Shown: positions 49,900-57,879, counted from the first letter of the stretch. The stretch is 64,000 nt of DNA from Clostridia bacterium (GCA_045593265.1 JAZNWH010000129.1:4646-68645), one strand, 5' to 3'. The notes: generated from the letters alone by a model not told the origin. Numbers and translations are program-made.

Positions 49900-49928
49900 T
49901 TGACAAAAACATTTTAGAGTGCTATAAT
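49900..49928 (+). promoter_or_regulatory. Perfect sigma-A promoter with extended -10 for the capD-cpsD-cpsB operon
   Basis: TTGACA-17 nt (ending TGc)-TATAAT. Confidence 0.8.
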
Positions 49929-49968
49929 TAAGGGTGAATATATAAAAAAATTAATATGCGGTGGTATT

Positions 49969-51846
49969 ATGAAAAATTTAAAACTGAACAAATATACTTT
50001 GCTATTTTCGTTCACAGATATTTTAACAATTGCTTGTGCTTTTTTTTGTGGTTTCTTACTATTAAATCCTTTGGGCGCTTTTTCGGAAAATGAACTATAC
50101 ACTCTATGTCAATATATACTTATAACAGCATTTGTCAACATGTTGTCATTGTTATTTTCGGGAACTTACAATAAAGTATGGACTAAAGCTACCATTGTTG
50201 ATTATTTCCAGACCGTTTTCTTAGTTTCTTTCAATTTTATATTTTCATATATAATCGCAATTATTGCAAATTCACATCATGTTTCGATCAAGCTTTACAT
50301 AGTTTCGGCTTTCCTTACCTGTATGCTTGTTTTTGTTTCCCGAACATCTGTAAGATTTTTATCATATTACCAGCATTATTTAATTTTAAAATCAAAACAC
50401 AATAAGCAAAAGAAAGTGCTGATAGTAGGAGCAGGCTCTGCAGCAAAAATGCTCCTTGAAGATATACTTCTTAACAATCCTCTTAGTTATAACATAGCCG
50501 GCTTTGTTGATGATAACACAGAAAAAGTGGGCAGTTATCTTATGGGATACCGTGTATTGGGTACAAGAGACGACATTCCTAAAATATGTGAAAAAGACAA
50601 TATTGATACAATAATAATTGCAATTCCTTCCGCTTCCAAAAAAGAGATATCAAGAATTTTAGAATACTGTTCAAAAACAGATTGCAATGTTAAAATGGTT
50701 CCTGGTATCGGGGAGCTTATAAGTGTCAATGATGTGGGAATTTTCAAGCAGACAAGAAACATTCAGTTTGACGACCTTCTTTCCCGCGAACCTGTATCTC
50801 TTAACAACAAAGAAATATCAAACATACTTAAAGATAACGTCGTTATGGTTACCGGCGGAGGCGGATCTATCGGAAGTGAGCTTTGCAAACAGATTGCAAA
50901 ATTTGCTCCCTCAAAACTTATAATTGTTGACATTTATGAAAACACAACTTATGACACACAAATTGAACTTAAAAAATCTTTTCCGAATCTTGAACTTGAA
51001 GTTATCATTGCATCCATAAAAGATGAGGAAAGAATGGAGAATATTTTTGATAAATACAGACCCGATATTGTTTACCATGCAGCAGCACACAAGCATGTAC
51101 CTCTGATGGAAGACAGTCCCGGCGAAGCTGTTGAAAATAATATTTTCGGTACATACATTGTTGCAAAATGTGCTGATAAATTTGAAGTTAAAAAATTCAT
51201 TATGGTTTCTACAGACAAAGCTGTTAACCCTACAAATGTTATGGGTGCAACAAAACGTTTCTGCGAGATGATTGTACAGTCAATGAATACTGTAAGTAAG
51301 ACAACCTATTCCTGTGTGCGTTTTGGCAATGTCCTCGGAAGCCACGGTTCAGTTATACCACTATTCAAAAAACAAATCGAACAAGGTGGCCCCGTTACTG
51401 TTACACATAAAGATATTACAAGATTTTTTATGACAATTCCTGAAGCAGCTCAGCTAATACTCCAGGCATCATCTTACGCTAAAAGTGGTGAAATTTTTGT
51501 TCTTGATATGGGTGAACCGGTTAAAATATATGACCTGGCAGTTAAATATATTAAGCTTTCCGGCTACAAACCCGGCATTGATATTGATATTGATATCGTG
51601 GGACTTCGTCCTGGAGAAAAGCTTTATGAAGAACTGTTAATGGATGAAGAAGGACTTACAAATACTTCTAACGAAAGTATCTTTATAGGAAAAACTACAG
51701 CAATTGACTTGAACGTTATCAAAACTCATCTTAAACATCTTTCAACAGTAGTTAACTCCAAAAACAATGATGAGATTATAAGTGCCCTTCATGATGCTGT
51801 TCCTACTTTTGTATCTGCGGATGACTACAATTGCATAAAATCATAA
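49969..51846 (+). CDS. Polysaccharide biosynthesis nucleotide-sugar dehydratase (CapD/PglF/EpsC family)
   Basis: 4 TM; VTGGGGSIGSEL, HAAAHKHVP, STDKAVNP, RFGNVLGS, GLRPGEKLYEEL. Confidence 0.93.
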   Translation: MKNLKLNKYTLLFSFTDILTIACAFFCGFLLLNPLGAFSENELYTLCQYILITAFVNMLSLLFSGTYNKVWTKATIVDYFQTVFLVSFNFIFSYIIAIIANSHHVSIKLYIVSAFLTCMLVFVSRTSVRFLSYYQHYLILKSKHNKQKKVLIVGAGSAAKMLLEDILLNNPLSYNIAGFVDDNTEKVGSYLMGYRVLGTRDDIPKICEKDNIDTIIIAIPSASKKEISRILEYCSKTDCNVKMVPGIGELISVNDVGIFKQTRNIQFDDLLSREPVSLNNKEISNILKDNVVMVTGGGGSIGSELCKQIAKFAPSKLIIVDIYENTTYDTQIELKKSFPNLELEVIIASIKDEERMENIFDKYRPDIVYHAAAHKHVPLMEDSPGEAVENNIFGTYIVAKCADKFEVKKFIMVSTDKAVNPTNVMGATKRFCEMIVQSMNTVSKTTYSCVRFGNVLGSHGSVIPLFKKQIEQGGPVTVTHKDITRFFMTIPEAAQLILQASSYAKSGEIFVLDMGEPVKIYDLAVKYIKLSGYKPGIDIDIDIVGLRPGEKLYEELLMDEEGLTNTSNESIFIGKTTAIDLNVIKTHLKHLSTVVNSKNNDEIISALHDAVPTFVSADDYNCIKS

Positions 51847-51896
51847 TCATTATATAGAAATTAAAATTCAATATATATTTTGAAAGGATTACTTAA

Positions 51897-52772
51897 ATGA
51901 AATTTTTACAAAAAAACAAAAACAAAGATAAAGCAAATGACAACAAGAATTACAAATATAATATTATTACAGACAATTCTCCTTTTTACATCAAGGAAGC
52001 CTATAAATCTTTGAGAACAAACATAATGTTCACTCTTGAAAACGAAACTTCAAAAGTAATTCTTATTACAAGCTCTATGGCCAAAGAAGGTAAATCAACT
52101 GTTTCAATCAACACTGCTATTACATTTGCCCAAACAGGCAGCAAAGTAATTCTTATTGATTGCGATTTAAGAAAACCTAAAATACACAGATATATGGATT
52201 TGCAAAATCAAAATGGTCTTTCTAATCTTCTAGGTGGATTTGCCAGCCTTGACGATGTAATCAGCCATACAAAATATGGATTTGACTGTATTACCTGTGG
52301 GCACATCCCACCAAACCCATCGGAATTACTTTCCTCAAATAAAATGGCAGACTTATTAGTTAAGCTTCGTGAGAAATATGATTACATCTTACTGGATACT
52401 CCTCCTGTGAATGTGGTTACCGATACCTGTGCAATCGGCAAGTTAGTAGATGGCGCGATTTTCGTTGTTAAGCACAACACCACAATGAATACAGACGTGG
52501 ATGCAGCTATTGCTGCACTTGAATTTTCAGAAACAAAAATACTTGGTTTTGTTTTCAACTCCTCTCCTACTGCAGGCGTTTTAGGATATCAAAAACGTGT
52601 TGGATACAGAAAATACTATTCATACAGAAAATATGGATATTCAAAAGGAAAATACGGATACTACAACAGCTACAAAAATTATGGTGGATACGGATATGGT
52701 TATTCTCCATCATCTTCAAAAACAGCGAATAACGAATCATCAAAAGATACAAATTCAGAAAATAAACAGTAA
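51897..52772 (+). CDS. BY-kinase, CpsD/CapB family tyrosine kinase
   Basis: EAYKSLRTN, EGKST, IDCDLRKP, LDTPP; C-terminal Tyr cluster. Confidence 0.93.
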   Translation: MKFLQKNKNKDKANDNKNYKYNIITDNSPFYIKEAYKSLRTNIMFTLENETSKVILITSSMAKEGKSTVSINTAITFAQTGSKVILIDCDLRKPKIHRYMDLQNQNGLSNLLGGFASLDDVISHTKYGFDCITCGHIPPNPSELLSSNKMADLLVKLREKYDYILLDTPPVNVVTDTCAIGKLVDGAIFVVKHNTTMNTDVDAAIAALEFSETKILGFVFNSSPTAGVLGYQKRVGYRKYYSYRKYGYSKGKYGYYNSYKNYGGYGYGYSPSSSKTANNESSKDTNSENKQ

Positions 52773-52844
52773 CCGAAACAACCACAACACTGAAGATGCC
52801 TTTAGTATTTGTGGCTTCGGCTGAGTTATCAGAAAGGTTAATTT

Positions 52845-53573
52845 ATGAATAATAATTTATGCATATGTGATTTTCATTCACATATACTCCCCTCTATTGA
52901 TGACGGTGCGAAAGATACATCTATGGCTGTAACTCTTCTGAAAGAAGAAATAGAACAAGGAGTAAAGCATCTTTGCCTTACTCCTCATTTTTATTCTAAT
53001 GAAAACGTTGAGTCATTCATAAAAAAACGCAACCTCTCGTTTCTTAAACTAAAAGAACAAATATATAAAGAAAACATCAAAAACGTACCTAATATGCATT
53101 TAGGGGCTGAAGTTGCTTTAAACTATACTACACCGGAAATACCTGATTTAAACAAGCTTTGTTTAGGCGATACGGAATTACTGCTTTTGGAAATGCCTGA
53201 CACATTTTGGGGAGATTGGATACCTGAGGTTTTGTACAGAATTTCAGCAGAAAAATCATTAACACCAATAATCGCCCATGCAGACAGATATATTGATAAT
53301 AAGAATTCCATAAAAATACTACAAAAACTGATAGATATGGATATTATTATGCAATTTAATTCGTACAATCTTACACATCCCAAGGTTGTCGGACTTATAA
53401 AGAAAATTCTTGCAAGAAATGTAAACACCCCATTGATTGGCAGTGATGCCCATAACACCAAATATCGTTCTGTTACAATCAAAAAAGTTAGTTCCCCACT
53501 GCATAAAATTCTATATGGTAAAAATTTCATAAATAATATAAATACATTTACAGAAAGTATTTTAATAAAATAA
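52845..53573 (+). CDS. PHP-type tyrosine phosphatase, CpsB/CapC family
   Basis: DFHSHILPSIDDGA, TPHF, IAHADRY, GSDAHN. Confidence 0.92.
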   Translation: MNNNLCICDFHSHILPSIDDGAKDTSMAVTLLKEEIEQGVKHLCLTPHFYSNENVESFIKKRNLSFLKLKEQIYKENIKNVPNMHLGAEVALNYTTPEIPDLNKLCLGDTELLLLEMPDTFWGDWIPEVLYRISAEKSLTPIIAHADRYIDNKNSIKILQKLIDMDIIMQFNSYNLTHPKVVGLIKKILARNVNTPLIGSDAHNTKYRSVTIKKVSSPLHKILYGKNFINNINTFTESILIK

Positions 53574-53600
53574 AACCTCTCATACGAGAGGTTTTATTTT
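53567..53600. terminator. Bidirectional terminator between the two convergent cargo units
   Basis: AAAATAAAACCTCTC-atac-GAGAGGTTTTATTTT. Confidence 0.8.
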
Positions 53601-54318
53601 ATGCTGTCGTTTTCTTTGGATTTTGTTCCTCATTTTCAAAAATCGGAAGCTCCGCAAGTACAGGATAATTAAATTTTTCTCTTAATGATACCGTATCTTT
53701 AATTCTGTCATCGAAAAGTTCTATCATAATCACAAGTGCAGCACCTATAACAAATCCTAACATAGACAAAACAGTTGCATTTCTTTTTGTATTTGGTGCT
53801 GATGTAGAACGTGGTATTTCAGGATGGTCTATAATCTTTACATTACCACCTGTAACAACTCTCGCAACCTCACTCTGGGCATTATTAAGTACAGTTTCAA
53901 CGATAATTGCCGCATGCTCAGGATTAGGATGTGTACAGCTTACAGAAATAATTTCTGTATCACCTTTTGCTGATACCGAAACAAAGGATGCCAACTGTCT
54001 GAAATTATAGTCAAGTCCTGTTTCTGCGCTAACACTCTTGAAAAATGTATTACTTGAAAGTATCTGTACATAATTCTTTACAAGCTCACGGGCATATATT
54101 ATATCTGAATACTCACCTTTCTTGGTCATATAATTACTGTTATCAGCAGTTATATATACGGACCCTCTTGCAGTATACACAGGTGTTACCATTAATTTTG
54201 TATACGCAACCGAACCTATAAAGAAAACTATTGTAAAAATAGCAACTACCCACCAACGATTTAATACCATTACTACTAAATCCCATACACTGATTTGTTC
54301 TCTGTTCAAAACTCTCAC
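53599..54318 (-). CDS. CpsC/CapA (Wzz-like) polysaccharide co-polymerase / BY-kinase activator
   Basis: Two TM; TPVYTA, DDRIKD..., PVLAELP. Confidence 0.88.
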   Translation of the reverse strand: MRVLNREQISVWDLVVMVLNRWWVVAIFTIVFFIGSVAYTKLMVTPVYTARGSVYITADNSNYMTKKGEYSDIIYARELVKNYVQILSSNTFFKSVSAETGLDYNFRQLASFVSVSAKGDTEIISVSCTHPNPEHAAIIVETVLNNAQSEVARVVTGGNVKIIDHPEIPRSTSAPNTKRNATVLSMLGFVIGAALVIMIELFDDRIKDTVSLREKFNYPVLAELPIFENEEQNPKKTTA

Positions 54319-54350
54319 CTCATTGTAAATGTTATCTAAAACTATAATTA

Positions 54351-55214
54351 TTAATCAAGAGACAATATATCTTTAACTGCGTATACCGCTTCTTTACTGA
54401 TAGTACATTTCATCAAATAAACTTTCGCAACATCAATCAGCTTTTTTAAATCATCAATAAAAATACTAACCATATGTTCCAATACAGGTTTATTAATTTC
54501 ATTATATAGCCTGAAAAATGCTGTAACACCATCAATCTGAGATATTTCCACACTGCTATGCTGTTCAATACAAATTATTCCTGCAAGTCTTGACTTTATA
54601 TTGTTATTTATAAAATGCTTGCCTGACCACGGTGTTCCGTAAACATATACTTCTCCATCTGTTATTCTCATAACAGGATTATCATCATTGATATAAACAA
54701 CATCCTCTAAGTGTTGTTTCCACAAAGATGTCTGTGTAGACTTTCCCGTTCCTGATGGTGCAGAAAACAAGATAGCATTTCCTTTATATGAAATAGCGGA
54801 GGCGTGAATAACATACGCATGATGCATCATCAACATATAATAAAAGGCCTGTCCAACTAATCCAAATAACTTTAAATCAATTGACGGCCCACCTATCAAA
54901 GATGTATCCTTAGCACAGATATCTGCACGATTAAAATCCTTATTCCATGTTATTTTCGCAAGGCACAAGTCGTAGCTTTGAGAATAAGTATATGCATATA
55001 CAGAACCATCAGCATTATCAATGTGCCATGAAAAACGCCCTGCACCTACAACATCTTCGTCAAAACGTTCAAGTTCAATTTCATCCTGCACTTTATAAGT
55101 AATAACCATATCTGCACCCGAAAACGGCATTTCATACTCTTTTAACTTTTCAGACAGAAAAGCATTAGAGTTGCCTGTTATTTCAAGCTTATATCCTGCA
55201 ATTAAATACTTCAC
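54351..55214 (-). CDS. HPr-kinase-like P-loop protein (RiPP/lasso-peptide kinase-like)
   Basis: IHASAI, SAPSGTGKST, INDD, YGTPWSGK. Confidence 0.75.
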   Translation of the reverse strand: MKYLIAGYKLEITGNSNAFLSEKLKEYEMPFSGADMVITYKVQDEIELERFDEDVVGAGRFSWHIDNADGSVYAYTYSQSYDLCLAKITWNKDFNRADICAKDTSLIGGPSIDLKLFGLVGQAFYYMLMMHHAYVIHASAISYKGNAILFSAPSGTGKSTQTSLWKQHLEDVVYINDDNPVMRITDGEVYVYGTPWSGKHFINNNIKSRLAGIICIEQHSSVEISQIDGVTAFFRLYNEINKPVLEHMVSIFIDDLKKLIDVAKVYLMKCTISKEAVYAVKDILSLD

Positions 55215-55216
55215 TT

Positions 55217-55399
55217 TTATGTATTTGTGTTGCTTGTTCCATAAGCTTCCAACAAACCAATTTCATTATCTGTAACAAGACCAGAATCGCTATATCCATC
55301 AGATTGCGAATCAGAAACAGAGTCCGGAACCAATGCAGTAACGGTTTCTTTAACCTGTAATTCAACTATATTCAAAATTGGCTTTTCATATTTAATCAT
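55217..55399 (-). CDS. Putative RiPP precursor peptide (60 aa)
   Basis: GGAGG RBS; leader KYEKPIL (YxxPxL); Ser/Asp-rich C-terminal half; lies between PqqD and the kinase. Confidence 0.65.
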   Translation of the reverse strand: MIKYEKPILNIVELQVKETVTALVPDSVSDSQSDGYSDSGLVTDNEIGLLEAYGTSNTNT

Positions 55400-55499
55400 A
55401 TACTAAACCTCCAATACCAACTTCATTCATTAATAACTAACATCCATACTTTGCATTTTCTTCTGACAAAGCACATAAAAACACTAATTTTACTCCTAT

Positions 55500-55528
55500 A
55501 TTATATACCAAATTCTCTTAAAAGTCAA
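55500..55528 (-). promoter_or_regulatory. Sigma-A promoter of the peptide-kinase unit
   Basis: TTGACT-17 nt-TATAAT. Confidence 0.7.
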
Positions 55529-55547
55529 TAGAATAAAATGTAAATCA

Positions 55548-55826
55548 TCAATTTTCCAATAAGTTTTGACTTGCAAGCTTAAAAACAAATTCATTGACAT
55601 CATTATCGGCACATTCAACATCAATTTCAAATGCTTCTGCAAATTTGCTTACCAATTCGCTATATTCTGTTCCTTCATCAAGTTGTTGCCATATCCATGC
55701 ACCTGTTTCATTTGTTGTAAGCATCTTTTTGAAGTCTACTATATTTTTCCCAGTTGGCACCACTATATAATCTCCTGCTATGTTCTTTAAAACAAAGCCG
55801 CTTTTGTGTTTAAGAAATTTTCTCAT
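55548..55826 (-). CDS. PqqD-family protein (stand-alone RiPP recognition element)
   Basis: FVLKNIAGDYIVVP, NETGAWIWQQL, DVNEFV..L...NLL. Confidence 0.88.
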   Translation of the reverse strand: MRKFLKHKSGFVLKNIAGDYIVVPTGKNIVDFKKMLTTNETGAWIWQQLDEGTEYSELVSKFAEAFEIDVECADNDVNEFVFKLASQNLLEN

Positions 55827-55861
55827 ATAATTATCTTCTTCCTTTAATTAGCTTTACGTTA

Positions 55862-55890
55862 ATTATATCATTTTTTTTTGAATTAATCAA
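55862..55890 (-). promoter_or_regulatory. Sigma-A promoter of the PqqD gene, with an A9 tract in the spacer
   Basis: TTGATT-17 nt (ending TGa)-TATAAT. Confidence 0.55.
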
Positions 55891-57019
55891 CATCTTTCCA
55901 AAATACCGTAATGTCTTTACTGCTTAAAACAATTCTTTTCACAAGATTTTGAATTACAAAAAAATCCAGGTATTTATTATCTTTTTCTAAGCGTAATTTC
56001 TTTAGTATAATTTGAATAATTTTATTTTCTGATACATTATTACGACAATCTACACATATAATCTTTTGGTTTTTTCTTATACATTTTCCACCACATTCAC
56101 ATTTCAGCAAACCACTTAAAGGATTCATCAACCCGTTTTTATCACTTCTATGACCATTTTTTATTTTTTCCTGAGTAAATGCATATATTTGTGGGTCGAT
56201 TATTCTCTTATGAGTATTTTTTACACATATCCATTCATTTTCAGGAACAGATATTCTTTTTTTGCTTTTATAGCTTAATTTATTTTTCCTGTTTTGAACC
56301 AGGTTTCCGCAGTAAACAGGATTTGTCAAAATATCCTTAACTGTTCCCCCTGTCCAGTTATAGCCTTGTTTTTTCTCTCTGTAATTCATAGGAGAAACAA
56401 TTTTTTCTTTATTTAATATCTGGGCAATTTTAGATGTTCCGAAACCAAAATTATATAACCAGAATATAATCCTTACTGTCTGTTCTGTTTTGGCATCCTT
56501 AATCAGTTGATTTTTATTTTCAGGGTTTTTCATATATCCATAAGGTGCAAAAGCAAACAAACACTCCCCTTTTCTCATCTTATCCTTGAACACCGCTCTT
56601 ATATTTTCTGACAAATCCTCAAGGTACCATTCGTTTATAAGTGAATTAATCTGTCTTGTTTTTTTGTTGTTTTTATCATATGAATCAGTATTGTCAACTA
56701 CAGATATAAACCGTATACCCAGCTCAAGAAATTTGTTGTTAATAAATTTATCTATTATACTGATATCTCTTGAAAATCTTGACATCGTTTTACATATTAC
56801 TGTATCAAAACATTTATTTTCTGCATCTTTAAGCATTCTGTTAAACTCAGGCCGTTCTGCATTTATTCCCGAATAATCCTCATCTACATATATATTGTAT
56901 ATATCGTAGCAGTTATCTATACAGTAATTTATCAACATACTTTTTTGATTTAAAATGCTTTCACTTTCATCGCCGGTTTCATCTTCTTTTGATATTCTGC
57001 AATATAATGCCGCTTTTAT
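55883..57019 (-). CDS. Large-serine-recombinase family protein (378 aa from an ATA start; SpoIVCA/TndX-like)
   Basis: Frame extends upstream of the called ORF to IKAALYCRISKED (catalytic Ser); also DEDYSG...RP, SRFSRD, APYGY, ILTNPVYCG and a Zn ribbon CECG/CVDC. Confidence 0.9.
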   Translation of the reverse strand: MKAALYCRISKEDETGDESESILNQKSMLINYCIDNCYDIYNIYVDEDYSGINAERPEFNRMLKDAENKCFDTVICKTMSRFSRDISIIDKFINNKFLELGIRFISVVDNTDSYDKNNKKTRQINSLINEWYLEDLSENIRAVFKDKMRKGECLFAFAPYGYMKNPENKNQLIKDAKTEQTVRIIFWLYNFGFGTSKIAQILNKEKIVSPMNYREKKQGYNWTGGTVKDILTNPVYCGNLVQNRKNKLSYKSKKRISVPENEWICVKNTHKRIIDPQIYAFTQEKIKNGHRSDKNGLMNPLSGLLKCECGGKCIRKNQKIICVDCRNNVSENKIIQIILKKLRLEKDNKYLDFFVIQNLVKRIVLSSKDITVFWKDVD

Positions 57020-57110
57020 CTTTATTCACTCCTTCATGATAATATTTTTCGATAAATTTTATTAGTTCTTCAATCTTTGCTTTGTTAAAATTTTTATGAA
57101 TTACTTTCAT
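56979..57110 (-). CDS. 43-aa ORF overlapping the recombinase start (candidate directionality factor or translational-coupling leader)
   Basis: GGTGG RBS; MKVIHKNFNKAKIEELIKFIEKYYHEGVNKDKSGIILQNIKRR*. Confidence 0.45.
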   Translation of the reverse strand: MKVIHKNFNKAKIEELIKFIEKYYHEGVNKDKSGIILQNIKRR

Positions 57111-57157
57111 TCAACCACCAATTAATTATATTGCTGATGCAAAGCGAAAAGAACAAC

Positions 57158-57174
57158 AAAGATACACAGATGTG
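57158..57174 (+). other. attR recombination site
   Basis: AAAGATACAC arm + AGA (core ATACACAGA at 57162-57170) followed by TGTG. Confidence 0.85.
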
Positions 57175-57783
57175 GAACCCGTTCAGTTCAATCAGGGCTA
57201 CTATACTGTTGATATAAGATTCTATTTCAGAGTTACTCTTGATGTATACGCTGAACTTGGCAGACCTAAGAGAGTCGAAGGCATTGCTATTTATGACAAA
57301 AAAATTGCACTTTTCGGTTCCGAAGGCAAGTCAAAGATATTCCAGTCATCTTTCAATGAAGGTGCACCTGATAAACAGATAAGAGAAAAAAGCAATGTTC
57401 CTAAAGCTGTAGTTGAAGTAGTAGATCCTATTGCACTCAGCGCAAGAATTGCAGATAAATGTTCTGATAATTTATGTTGCGGCAATTGCGAAGTATCTTC
57501 AATACCTGAATGTATTTTAAATTGCTTCGAAGGTGCAATTTGTCCTGCAGATACAGAAAAAAGAGTTTATGTTACTTTAGGATTATTTACAATAACAAAA
57601 CTCGAAAGAAATGTACAGCTTCTCATTCCTGTATATGATTTCTGTATTCCTACTGACGAATGTGTTTCATCTTCTCCTGCTAATCCTTGCGACTTGTTCG
57701 ATCAGATTCAGTTCCCGGTTGATGAATTCTTCCCACCTCAGAAGCACGATTTCTTCGGTAACAACAATTGTGATTGTCAGTAA
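57171..57783 (+). CDS. 3' segment of the interrupted Cys-rich putative spore coat/exosporium gene
   Basis: No convincing RBS; VEPVQFNQGYY...PCDLFDQIQFPVDEFFPPQK...CDCQ*; in frame with 49657-49871 after excision. Confidence 0.85.
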
Positions 57784-57786
57784 AAG

Positions 57787-57835
57787 TATAAAAGAACATC
57801 TCCAAAAGATTTCCTTTTGGAGATGTTCTTTTATA
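57787..57835. terminator. Bidirectional terminator
   Basis: TATAAAAGAACATCTCCAAAAG...CTTTTGGAGATGTTCTTTTATA. Confidence 0.8.
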
Positions 57836-57879
57836 AATAATTCAAATTAAACTTTGATTATCTTAATATAAAATTCAAA

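Larger units (their letters stand above)
49872..57170. mobile_element. 7,299-bp skin-like intervening element with a serine recombinase and EPS/RiPP cargo
   Basis: Flanked by ATACACAGA direct repeats; splits one gene in frame; recombinase lies next to attR. Confidence 0.88.

Noticed and set aside
49624-49917. Stand-alone 97-aa protein, with a separate 203-aa protein at 57172-57783
   Set aside because: Better explained as two halves of one gene. The last 15 or so codons of the first ORF are element DNA, and the second ORF lacks an RBS.
54351-55826. Complete lasso peptide gene cluster
   Set aside because: No lasso cyclase or B2 leader peptidase in the window, so it is reported only as RiPP-like.
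49872-57170. Prophage or conjugative element
   Set aside because: No structural, replication, relaxase or mating-pair genes; only a recombinase and cargo.
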